Positions 20,294-29,018 of a DNA stretch of 49,520 bases are shown in pieces (positions within the stretch are counted from its first letter, which is position 1; each line of letters begins with the position of its first letter). The notes beneath the pieces were generated by a model, which was given only the letters and a program-made list of their open reading frames with translations, did not search any database and was not told the DNA's origin. A program made the position numbers and the translations under genes. The stretch spans positions 1-49,520 of the forward strand of contig JAMCSQ010000044.1 of the NCBI GenBank assembly GCA_023378805.1. Reading direction: 5' to 3'. The DNA comes from Candidatus Parvarchaeota archaeon (GTDB taxonomy: Archaea > Nanobdellota > Nanobdellia > Parvarchaeales > Parvarchaeaceae).

Positions 20294-21598
20294 TCATTTA
20301 AATAACCTCCTTGAATACAATAAATCCATTGCATTCGAATACATGTCAGAATATGTTTTGCCCGCTGATTCGTTTAACATCTCAGAAAGAAAGTTTTTGT
20401 CCAATGACAAAGACTTTGCCATTTCATCGATGTTTTCGCTGTTCACCTGTGGCCAGTAAAGCTTTATCTTATCAGTCTTTGATTCGGTTTTATTGCCTAG
20501 TTTATTTCCTATAAAATCGCCTATTTCCTTTGCCATTATCCTTGCAGTGCTCAATTTGCCACCAACTATGCTTATCATTCCATTGACATTATCTGTAACG
20601 GAATGATCGAATATCTTGAAATCTCTGCTTGCTTTTCTACTGTCATCGTTTTCTCCTACAGCTATTAACGGTCTTACACCCGCATAGTGCCTAGAAACCG
20701 GATAATTTGCGAGAATAGGCAACATTTCGCTGCCGGCTTTCTGTAGAAAGCTTATATCCTCTTTGTCGATGTCAAATTTCTGCGGATCATCAACAATAAA
20801 GGCCGTGGTTCCTATAATCGAATCATTGAAAAATGGCACAACTATATCGCCATCTGATGGCTCCCTAAGCCTATTTATTATGTGTTTTGTGAACCTTCTG
20901 TTTATGACTGCCATTGTGCCTGCTGAAAGTATCATCTCTATGCTTTTTATTCCCAATTTTTCGTCTATAAGTTTTGATGCCCATGCCCCACTTGCATTTA
21001 CAACCAAATCTGCTTTTAATTCGCTGGTTTCCCCGGTATTGTTGTTTTTTATTTTAACGCCTTTTATGTTATTTCCTTCCTTTATGAAATCCACCACTTC
21101 CGTATTTAAAATAATCTTTGCCGACTCCCTTTTTGCAGTCAGCAATAAACTTGTTATAAATCTAAATGAGTTTATTACCTTATCAGGTACTCTATAAACT
21201 GCTTTTACTGAATTGTTAAGAAAAGGCTCCTCTTTAAGAGCAGATTCTACATTTATAGACTCTATGGGGATATTAGACTGTTTGCATCCATTTTCGAATT
21301 TGCTTTGAAAAGAAAGATCTTGATCATTCAAAGCTACAAATAAACCGCCGGTATTTTCTATACAGAATGAAGCTATCTCTGAAATAACTTTATTATCTAT
21401 TATACTTTCTTGGGCGGCCTTAACATCATTCATCGCATATCTTGCTCCGCTGTGAAGCATTCCATGGAATTTTCCGCTTGTTCCTCCAATAATATTGCCT
21501 TTTTCTATAACTGTAACATCAAATCCGCGGCTAGCCAAATCGTGTGTAATGAAAGAACCTGTTGCACCCGCACCTATTACTATTATTTTGTCTGACAT
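20294..21598 (-). CDS. glpA: FAD-dependent glycerol-3-phosphate dehydrogenase (GlpA-like)
   Basis: IGAGATG, GTSGKFHGMLHSGARY, RLREPSDGD, AGVRPL, GGKLSTAR; track start 21613 lies inside the IS end, native ATG likely 21598. Confidence 0.9.
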   Translation of the reverse strand: MSDKIIVIGAGATGSFITHDLASRGFDVTVIEKGNIIGGTSGKFHGMLHSGARYAMNDVKAAQESIIDNKVISEIASFCIENTGGLFVALNDQDLSFQSKFENGCKQSNIPIESINVESALKEEPFLNNSVKAVYRVPDKVINSFRFITSLLLTAKRESAKIILNTEVVDFIKEGNNIKGVKIKNNNTGETSELKADLVVNASGAWASKLIDEKLGIKSIEMILSAGTMAVINRRFTKHIINRLREPSDGDIVVPFFNDSIIGTTAFIVDDPQKFDIDKEDISFLQKAGSEMLPILANYPVSRHYAGVRPLIAVGENDDSRKASRDFKIFDHSVTDNVNGMISIVGGKLSTARIMAKEIGDFIGNKLGNKTESKTDKIKLYWPQVNSENIDEMAKSLSLDKNFLSEMLNESAGKTYSDMYSNAMDLLYSRRLFK

Positions 21599-21606
21599 AA
21601 TTAATG

Positions 21607-21928
21607 GTGACATCCTCCCGCCTCTAAAGAGAGTGGGCTTTCAGCTCCTATCGGAGGCCTAAGCTTTCTCATAGTTTAATCCCTTCTTTTGCTTATCGTT
21701 TTTATGCTCTTTGTAATAGCTTTCTCTCAACTCCAATGCTTTATTCCGCACTATTCTAGTGCAGCCGAAGTATTTGGAGAACATTTCTTTCTGTTCATCA
21801 TTTGGGTACAACCTGAATTTGTATGCTGTCAACATATTGTTATTCTACCTCTTCTGCTATTTATGTTTTCCATTTTTTGTTCGCTTTCATCCCGCCTCTA
21901 AAGAGGGTGGTTTTCCCGCTCACCTTTG
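21607..21928 (-). mobile_element. Non-autonomous, internally deleted IS200/IS605-family element (322 bp)
   Basis: Minus strand: TTTAT flank, left end CAAAGG... with hairpin CCACCCTCTTTAGAGGCGGG; right end hairpin CCCACTCTCTTTAGAGGCGGG ending TCAC; internal tnpB 5' fragment. Confidence 0.88.
21659..21835 (-). pseudogene. tnpB: tnpB N-terminal fragment (58 aa)
   Basis: MLTAYKFRLYPNDEQKEMFSKYFGCTRIVRNKALELRESYYKEHKNDKQKKGLNYEKA matches the TnpB N-terminal AYKFRLYP...FGCxRxVxN pattern; no RuvC; below ORF-track cutoff. Confidence 0.9.
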
Positions 21929-21998
21929 ATAAACATACTCTATTCAGAAACATAAGTAATACTAAATGTATTAATAGTGGCTAAATTCTAAATTAAAT

Positions 21999-22796
21999 AT
22001 GTCAAAGCTATTAACGGTAGGAGTAATAGACATAAATACAAACAAACCACGTTATTCTAGCCTGGAAAAAACACTAGATGTACTTGAAAAGGCGCGGCAA
22101 TTAGATTTGGATATAATAATCGGGCCGGAATGGAGTCTTATGGATAACCAGTCTAATCTCGAAACCGCCTATTCTTATAAGGAATTGGAAGAAGTGTTTT
22201 ACAGACTGAAAAACGCAACAAAAGGAACAAACGAACTTACTATAGCAGGAACGGCAGTAATATACACAAAAAACATGAAAATGTACAACTTTCTGCCCGT
22301 AATTTATGACGGAAATGTGATATTTTCAACGATAAAAGCGAGCGATGGAGGAACCTCTTTTTTTAATGATGGGACTTATGAACTTATCGGTAGAGATTAT
22401 TCTATAGCTAATGCCTTTGAATGGAAAAAACTTAAAATAGGCTTAGAGATATGCGCAGATTCTGGTATATTATACCGGCAAGGAAAAAAAGACCTTGACT
22501 TGCAGATACTTGTTTCCAGCGGGATAAGAGTAACAAATCTAGCAGTGAAAAAAGGAGGATATCTTATATGCTCTGATGGCGTCCCAAAAGGGAGGAAAAC
22601 CTATGTTATAAGAACAAATGAAAATTATGATCCCGATTTAAGTATAGACCTTACAGATTTTATATCCTTATTTAAAAAAAAGGACATTAATTACCAAGTA
22701 ATGAAAAATAACAATAAAAAAATGCCATTCGAATTTGTTTCTCCGCATTCAAGACATCGAAATCTAAGTGTATATCGCCTGATTATTAATGATTAG
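21999..22796 (+). CDS. Divergent carbon-nitrogen hydrolase (nitrilase fold), paralogue 2
   Basis: DIIIGPEWSL, IKASDG, GLEICADSG, LDLQILVS shared with 9981..10856. Confidence 0.65.
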   Translation: MSKLLTVGVIDINTNKPRYSSLEKTLDVLEKARQLDLDIIIGPEWSLMDNQSNLETAYSYKELEEVFYRLKNATKGTNELTIAGTAVIYTKNMKMYNFLPVIYDGNVIFSTIKASDGGTSFFNDGTYELIGRDYSIANAFEWKKLKIGLEICADSGILYRQGKKDLDLQILVSSGIRVTNLAVKKGGYLICSDGVPKGRKTYVIRTNENYDPDLSIDLTDFISLFKKKDINYQVMKNNNKKMPFEFVSPHSRHRNLSVYRLIIND

Positions 22797-23536
22797 ACTA
22801 CTATATCCCTCAAGTCCTTTATTTTTCCAAAATTTAGGTTTTCTCCATCTGATATACAGATTGCATTTAACTCATTAACATCGCACATTTCTTTTAAAAA
22901 AGGAGAGAGAATATCTTCCTTTTTTTCCTCATTTATGTTGCTACCCGGCGCAAATATGCTGCAAGCAGGCAAAACCAGCAACTTTTTTCCATCTTTTGTA
23001 TTACCATAAAGAAAGGCCTTCATTTTCTCGCCTTTTCCAATGTATCTATATATTATTATACTTGGATGTTCATGGCCAATTATATAGGTTTCGGCTTCAC
23101 ATTTTGGAAGTTCATCCCCGTGTGCAATGTAAAAGCTTTTCTCAAGCAGATAATCCTTTATTATTTCCACATCATAACTGTTTTTTATCCTGTCAAGGTA
23201 ATTGTCATGGTTTCCCTTTATCAAAAGCAGTTTTATGGATAGACTTTTGCAGAACTCTATAAGTTCCCCCACTTCCTTTTTTTCATAGTACTTTAAGTCT
23301 GAAAAATCGTTCTTTAAATCCCCGGTTACTATAAGTCTGTCTGCTCCTGTAGCCATTGCAGCTTTTCTTATTATATCCTCTATAAACTGCAGGTTTCTGC
23401 TTGGTATCAATGTCCCGGCTGCTGACATCTGGCCTTCATAACCTAAATGAGCATCTGATATTATAAGTGAGTTAAGAGGTCGGATATAAGCAATCGGCAT
23501 GCCTTCTAAAAGCTCTATCGATTCATTTATTTGCAT
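22793..23536 (-). CDS. Metallophosphoesterase (Lhr-associated)
   Basis: SDAHLG, GDLK, GNHD, HGD, GHEHP, VLPA. Confidence 0.9.
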   Translation of the reverse strand: MQINESIELLEGMPIAYIRPLNSLIISDAHLGYEGQMSAAGTLIPSRNLQFIEDIIRKAAMATGADRLIVTGDLKNDFSDLKYYEKKEVGELIEFCKSLSIKLLLIKGNHDNYLDRIKNSYDVEIIKDYLLEKSFYIAHGDELPKCEAETYIIGHEHPSIIIYRYIGKGEKMKAFLYGNTKDGKKLLVLPACSIFAPGSNINEEKKEDILSPFLKEMCDVNELNAICISDGENLNFGKIKDLRDIVV

Positions 23537-26159
23537 TTTGATTCCCCTCTATTTTTTCCAATACTAATTTGTGTAATAGTCTAATATATTCTTTCTTGTT
23601 TTTTATTGAAACTACATCACTTTCTCCAATTGTTATAAGGCTATGCGAAAAAGGAGAAGGTACAGGGGTATCTATTATTGAATACTTTATCTTCTTGTTT
23701 TTTATCGCTTTTAATATATTAGAGGCATTTCCTATATCCATTATATCCTCCTCTATTTCCCTGTAAGCTTCTTTTAATATTGGAAAGTTCTCATCCATCT
23801 CACTTACTATTCTCAATAAAGCCTGTGCGTTTATCTGCTGTCTTTCTACTCTTATTCTGTGCCCCTTGTAATTCCTAAGTATCATAAGGCCTCTGGCTGC
23901 CGCATGCCTAAACCTCCTTCTTAATATCTCTGTTCTTTTTATGTTCTCTGTTATTATTTTCTGTATATCTGATTTAGAAGCCGAGTCTATAACACTTTTA
24001 ATAACAGCGCTATTAATTCTTTCATTTGAAACCAATGCAAACCCATTGTCATTTATCATCAAACCGACTGCCTCTGCTAGTCTATCGCTTAAAATAAATG
24101 CAAAAACCCTTGATAACGCATCATTGACCTTCCTGCCAAATAAAGAGTGGAATATTGTGTACTCTTTTTCATTGTATCTTGTTCTTTCTATTAGAATAAG
24201 CTTATCAGACGGCACTTTATTTGTGAAATACACCTGCTCTTTTATGTACTCATATATTGAAGCTATTGAATTTTTATCAGCAGGCATTGAAGCAAGGTAC
24301 TTACTTACTTTTTCCGGCATATTTTTCTGGTTTTTATAAACAAATCTTTCCCTTGGAAGCCTGCTTATAATTGATGAAAACTCCCTTCTAAATTTGCCTA
24401 TGTCCAGTGCCAGCTCATAGCTTAGTGGAAGCTGCTCAGAAAACCATGGTGGGATATTCGGTTTTTCTCCAATTGCTGGCAAAACAAAACAGTCCGCAGC
24501 ACTGGACCTTTGGAATTTATAGACTTTCCCGCCCAATACAAAAACATCCCCTTTTTTCAGTTTTTCGAGGAACTCCTCTTCTATATTGCCTATTTTTTTC
24601 TTTGTACCCAAGATATAAACATTTATTGCAACTTCATCAGGTATGGTTCCTATATTTGTATAATATATAAGTCTGGTAAGTCTTCCCCTTTTCCCGAACT
24701 TGTTTGAGCTGCTGTCAAACCAGATTTTTCCATAAACGGACCTTTCACGCAATGGAACGTACTCTCCTGCAAGGTATTTTATAAGCCCAATAAAATCTTT
24801 TTTATCTAGACTTCTAAATGGGTAAGCATTCTTTATCAACGAATATGCTTCGTCAATGTCCCATATTTTGTTTAGGCCCATTCCCACTATATGCTGGGCT
24901 AGTACATCCAACGGACTTTCAGGCATTGTGAACGAATCCAATTTTCTTCTTAATCCATCGTAAAGCATGACAGTACATTCTACTAAGTCATCTCTGTTAT
25001 TTATTATCAAATCGCCATTTGCTGTGTCCTTAAAACCATGCCCGCTTCTCCCTATCCTTTGCAGTGCTCTTGTTATGCTTTTTGGAGAGTTTATCTGTAT
25101 AACGTTATCTATGCTGCCTATATCTATTCCCAGTTCCAAACTAGTTGAGGAAACCACACATTTCAGTTTTCCATTCTTTAATTTTTCTTCAACTGAAAAC
25201 CTTTCATCCTTAGAAAGAGAGCCATGGTGCGCAGATACCTCCTCGTCAGTATAGCCGAACCTTCTTTTAAGGTTAAAAACCAGTCTTTCCGTGCCGCTTC
25301 TTGTGTTTGTAAATATAAGTGTAGTTCTGTTCTTTTTTATTATATTATTAATTATCTTATACATTGACCCATCTATTTCAGATTCATTTGAATATATAAG
25401 ATCTTTAACTGGAGATATAACTTTTGCGTTTATTTTCTTGCTCCACGACGCATCCACTACAACACAGCTTCTTTTTGTGCCTACAAGAAAGCTTGCTGCC
25501 TTATCCAAAGGATATATCGTAGCACTTAAACCTATCCTTATAAAATCATGCTTTATTGAGTCTGATAATCTTTCTAGGGAAACGGTAAGGTGCGAACCTC
25601 TTTTACTGTTTGCAAGCTCATGCAACTCATCAACTATTACATACTCTAAATTGGCAAATTTCTGTATGAATTTTGGGGAATTCAACATTATTGCAAGGGA
25701 TTCTGGTGTGGTAACGAATATGTTTGGCGGGTGAACAAATTGTTTCCTACGTTCGTTTTGCGGAGTGTCGCCAGTCCTAACGCCTATAGTTACTTTCTTT
25801 TTATCGATTAATTCCAAACTTTTGTACAGATCCTCAATTGGTAAAATAATGTTTTTGTAGATATCGTTGTTCAGTGCTCTTAATGGGGAGATATAAAGGC
25901 ACTTTATTTCATCGTTTAGTTTATCGTCAATTGAAAGATCCACTAATTTGTTTATTATAGGTATAAAGGCGGAGAGAGTTTTCCCGCTCCCAGTCGGTGC
26001 AGTTATCAGCACATTTTTTCTATTTTTTATTACATTAAAAGAGAACTTCTGCGGGGGAGTCAACTCTTTAAACCTTGAAATAAACCATTTTCTCACAATT
26101 GGATTCAAGGTATTAAGATTGCTTTCATCAGAGTATTGCTTGTTCAGTATTGTTATCAT
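23523..26159 (-). CDS. lhr: Lhr-like SF2 DNA helicase
   Basis: APTGSGKT, SPLRALNND, TTPESL, DELH, SAT, HHGSL, SLELGIDIG, QRIGRSGH, IPPWFSE. Confidence 0.93.
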   Translation of the reverse strand: MITILNKQYSDESNLNTLNPIVRKWFISRFKELTPPQKFSFNVIKNRKNVLITAPTGSGKTLSAFIPIINKLVDLSIDDKLNDEIKCLYISPLRALNNDIYKNIILPIEDLYKSLELIDKKKVTIGVRTGDTPQNERRKQFVHPPNIFVTTPESLAIMLNSPKFIQKFANLEYVIVDELHELANSKRGSHLTVSLERLSDSIKHDFIRIGLSATIYPLDKAASFLVGTKRSCVVVDASWSKKINAKVISPVKDLIYSNESEIDGSMYKIINNIIKKNRTTLIFTNTRSGTERLVFNLKRRFGYTDEEVSAHHGSLSKDERFSVEEKLKNGKLKCVVSSTSLELGIDIGSIDNVIQINSPKSITRALQRIGRSGHGFKDTANGDLIINNRDDLVECTVMLYDGLRRKLDSFTMPESPLDVLAQHIVGMGLNKIWDIDEAYSLIKNAYPFRSLDKKDFIGLIKYLAGEYVPLRERSVYGKIWFDSSSNKFGKRGRLTRLIYYTNIGTIPDEVAINVYILGTKKKIGNIEEEFLEKLKKGDVFVLGGKVYKFQRSSAADCFVLPAIGEKPNIPPWFSEQLPLSYELALDIGKFRREFSSIISRLPRERFVYKNQKNMPEKVSKYLASMPADKNSIASIYEYIKEQVYFTNKVPSDKLILIERTRYNEKEYTIFHSLFGRKVNDALSRVFAFILSDRLAEAVGLMINDNGFALVSNERINSAVIKSVIDSASKSDIQKIITENIKRTEILRRRFRHAAARGLMILRNYKGHRIRVERQQINAQALLRIVSEMDENFPILKEAYREIEEDIMDIGNASNILKAIKNKKIKYSIIDTPVPSPFSHSLITIGESDVVSIKNKKEYIRLLHKLVLEKIEGNQNANK

Positions 26160-26201
26160 CCTTTTTATAAGAGGGCTACAGTATTTAATTTTTATTATAG
26201 C

Positions 26202-26957
26202 TTATTTCCTGCATTTGAATATAATAGTAGGTGCAATCTTGTTTACAAGTGCCCTCCTGTAACCTATACCCCATATTTTATCCTGTGTGTCAAATGGCTC
26301 TATTATCCTTTCAAGCTTTAAACCAGAGTCCATTATAAGATTTACAATATCGCTTATTTTCCTTTCGTAATAAGCAAAGTAATGGGTACTTTTATCGGGC
26401 CATTTCTCTTTTTTAATTTTCAGACCGGAATTAAAGTAGCTTTCCTTTATTTTCATGTCCTTCGGGTCTATAAGCAGATAAAACGGATGCTCTATGCTAA
26501 AGACAAGAATACCATTCTTTACAAGTAAATTTCTGACATTTTTTAGTAAAGCATTGAGATTAGTACAGTATTGAAGTGCCATTATTGAGATTACTACATT
26601 AAATTTTCTAGGTTTTAACTTGTCTATATTTGAAAAAGGGAGCTCGATAAATTCAACATTTACTCCTTCCCCTTTAGCATTCTTCCTTGCAAATTCTATC
26701 TGTTTATATGAAATATCTATCCCAGTACATATCGCTCTTTTCTTTGCCAAAGCTATTGATACCTGTCCACCTCCACATCCCAATTCTAGGACTTTTTTAT
26801 TAGATATTTTTCCAAGCAATTTCAATTTTTCTTCATTTGAGCCAAAAGGGCCGTATTCAACATCGATCATCTTATCTGCAGAAATTTCCTTTTGATAATA
26901 CTCAGAAGCTGAATCCCACCATTCTTTTATGATTTTTTCGCCGTTACCTTTGTACAT
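26202..26957 (-). CDS. Class I SAM-dependent methyltransferase
   Basis: VLELGCGGG, GIDIS, GILVFSIEHPF. Confidence 0.9.
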   Translation of the reverse strand: MYKGNGEKIIKEWWDSASEYYQKEISADKMIDVEYGPFGSNEEKLKLLGKISNKKVLELGCGGGQVSIALAKKRAICTGIDISYKQIEFARKNAKGEGVNVEFIELPFSNIDKLKPRKFNVVISIMALQYCTNLNALLKNVRNLLVKNGILVFSIEHPFYLLIDPKDMKIKESYFNSGLKIKKEKWPDKSTHYFAYYERKISDIVNLIMDSGLKLERIIEPFDTQDKIWGIGYRRALVNKIAPTIIFKCRK

Positions 26958-27000
26958 AGTGTATTTATATCAAAAGAGTAATATAAAACTGTAAATAGAT

Positions 27001-28308
27001 ATGTTTGATTCGATGAATTTAAGAAAAGAGATATTAACTGCATTGCATGAAATGAAGTTTGATGAACCTACTGACGTGCAAAAACAGGCCATTCCACTTG
27101 AATTGGAAGGCAAAGATGTAGTTGTAAAATCCAAAACTGGAAGCGGAAAAACTGCTGCTTTTGTTATACCCATATTAAACGGCTTAGAAAAAAGTGAAAA
27201 ACAGGCTGCGATGATAATAACTCCGACTAGAGAGCTTGCACTGCAGGTAACAGATGTTGTAAGGGACATTGGGAAGCATCTTCAAATAAAAGCAGTTACG
27301 ATTTACGGCGGAGCTTCAATAAATTATCAGATAAGAGAAATACGAAACGGGGCAAATATAATCATAGGAACCCCTGGAAGAATAATAGATCTAATGAAAA
27401 GGGGAGAGTTGCTTACCACTTCAATAAGATTTCTTGTTTTGGATGAAGTAGACATCATGCTGGATATGGGCTTCATAGATGACATAAAATATATATTATC
27501 AAAACTACCCAAGAAGAGACAGACAATGTTCTTTTCTGCAACAATTCCAGAAGAAATAAAACATATAACATTAAACTATACTAACAGTCCTATAAATGTG
27601 AATATAAATGCAGGGGAAGTTACTGTAAGCACAATACAGCATTTTTATTCTATCGCAAATGGAAGTGATAAATTTGCAACATTGCTTGCATATCTAGATG
27701 AGAAGAAACCGGAAAAAGCTATAATATTCTGTAAAACGCAGAGAAACGCTGAAAGAATACATTCAATGATGCAAAATATGGACATAAAAGCCGTTTTGAT
27801 GCATGGGGGATTAAGCCAGAATAGAAGAGAACACTCTCTAAATATGTTTAAAGAGAACATAAACATGCTTATAGCCACAAACGTAGCTTCGCGTGGATTG
27901 GATATAGATAATGTTTCTGATATAATAAATTTTGACGCTGAGACCGATCCAAAGGCGTATGTTCACAGAGTAGGTAGAAGCGCAAGAATGGGAAAAAGCG
28001 GGAGGGCTTTTACAATATTCACTCATTCGGAAAAATATTTAGTTTACGAGATAGAAAATTACGCTAAGATAAAGCTTTCTTACATAGAATTTAATCTTTC
28101 AAGTTATAGAGAAAAGATAAATGAGCTTTATAAAGGAGATTCTAGACATGATATTGAAAGTGCATTAAGAAGAAGTAATTTCAATCCAAACAGGGGTTTC
28201 AGTAGAAATAAACCTTATAGAAAAGAGTTTGGCAGTAATAAAGACGACAGACATTATTCAGGATTCAAGAGGAACAAATTCAAACGCAGTTATTTTAAGG
28301 AAGACTGA
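27001..28308 (+). CDS. DEAD-box RNA helicase with basic C-tail
   Basis: Q motif PTDVQ, TGSGKT, PTRELA, TPGR, DEVD, SAT, HRVGRSAR. Confidence 0.95.
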   Translation: MFDSMNLRKEILTALHEMKFDEPTDVQKQAIPLELEGKDVVVKSKTGSGKTAAFVIPILNGLEKSEKQAAMIITPTRELALQVTDVVRDIGKHLQIKAVTIYGGASINYQIREIRNGANIIIGTPGRIIDLMKRGELLTTSIRFLVLDEVDIMLDMGFIDDIKYILSKLPKKRQTMFFSATIPEEIKHITLNYTNSPINVNINAGEVTVSTIQHFYSIANGSDKFATLLAYLDEKKPEKAIIFCKTQRNAERIHSMMQNMDIKAVLMHGGLSQNRREHSLNMFKENINMLIATNVASRGLDIDNVSDIINFDAETDPKAYVHRVGRSARMGKSGRAFTIFTHSEKYLVYEIENYAKIKLSYIEFNLSSYREKINELYKGDSRHDIESALRRSNFNPNRGFSRNKPYRKEFGSNKDDRHYSGFKRNKFKRSYFKED

Positions 28309-28391
28309 TTTTTCATATTGCTTATAAAAAGCTAATAGATAGGTTTTATTACAGAAGAATTAATAAATCCACAACATATATTATTATAATA

Positions 28392-29000
28392 ATGATATTT
28401 AAAAGAAAAGAAAAACCCAAAGTAGATGATGATATTATTCTAAGAGCAAACATTGCGCAAGGAATAAAAATCCTGTATCTGGACAGAAAACGACTGTTTT
28501 ACCCTGAAAATAACCATTATGAGAAATTAAATGATACCTTTGACCATATAATTAAAAATTTAAGGGAGTTAGAGAAAAAGAAACCTAGAATGTTAGTTAT
28601 TGGTAAAAATGGTTTTGAATATGAATTGCTTGATAGTAAGATGATAGACACATTAGAAGATTATTTTAAGTTTCTATTATTGTTGCCACCACCAAACTCA
28701 ATATTTACAAGATGGAAAAAATCCGTTGAAATAGGAAAAATGCACGTTCCAACGCTTTCATACATGCTGCACTCGATTCTTACGTATAAATTACCGGATT
28801 ACTGGATGGATAAAATGGATGAGTATACTGACATAGCTGGTGCTATAATAGAAGTAATTAACAAAGGTTCTAATAACGAAAAATTAATTGATGTAACTGA
28901 TCAGGCAAAGAAAAATATTGAAAATAAAGTAGACAAAGAAAGAGAAAAAGTTTACAAGAAAAAAATACTTGAATGGCTAAGACTAAACCTTATAATTTAA
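28392..29000 (+). CDS. Hypothetical soluble protein
   Basis: 202-aa ORF filling the gap between genes; no motif recognised. Confidence 0.65.
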   Translation: MIFKRKEKPKVDDDIILRANIAQGIKILYLDRKRLFYPENNHYEKLNDTFDHIIKNLRELEKKKPRMLVIGKNGFEYELLDSKMIDTLEDYFKFLLLLPPPNSIFTRWKKSVEIGKMHVPTLSYMLHSILTYKLPDYWMDKMDEYTDIAGAIIEVINKGSNNEKLIDVTDQAKKNIENKVDKEREKVYKKKILEWLRLNLII

Positions 29001-29018
29001 ATTTTAGAAACTAAAAAA

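Noticed and set aside
21689..21901. 70-aa plus-strand ORF from the track
   Set aside because: Antisense shadow of the tnpB fragment.
21607..21928. GC-rich repeated hairpins as CRISPR repeats or tRNA
   Set aside because: Only two copies, 274 nt apart, no cloverleaf; explained as IS200/IS605 ends.
22793..26159. Lhr plus metallophosphoesterase as a new system
   Set aside because: Well-known conserved pairing.
27001..28308. DEVD instead of DEAD
   Set aside because: Common tolerated variant; other motifs intact.
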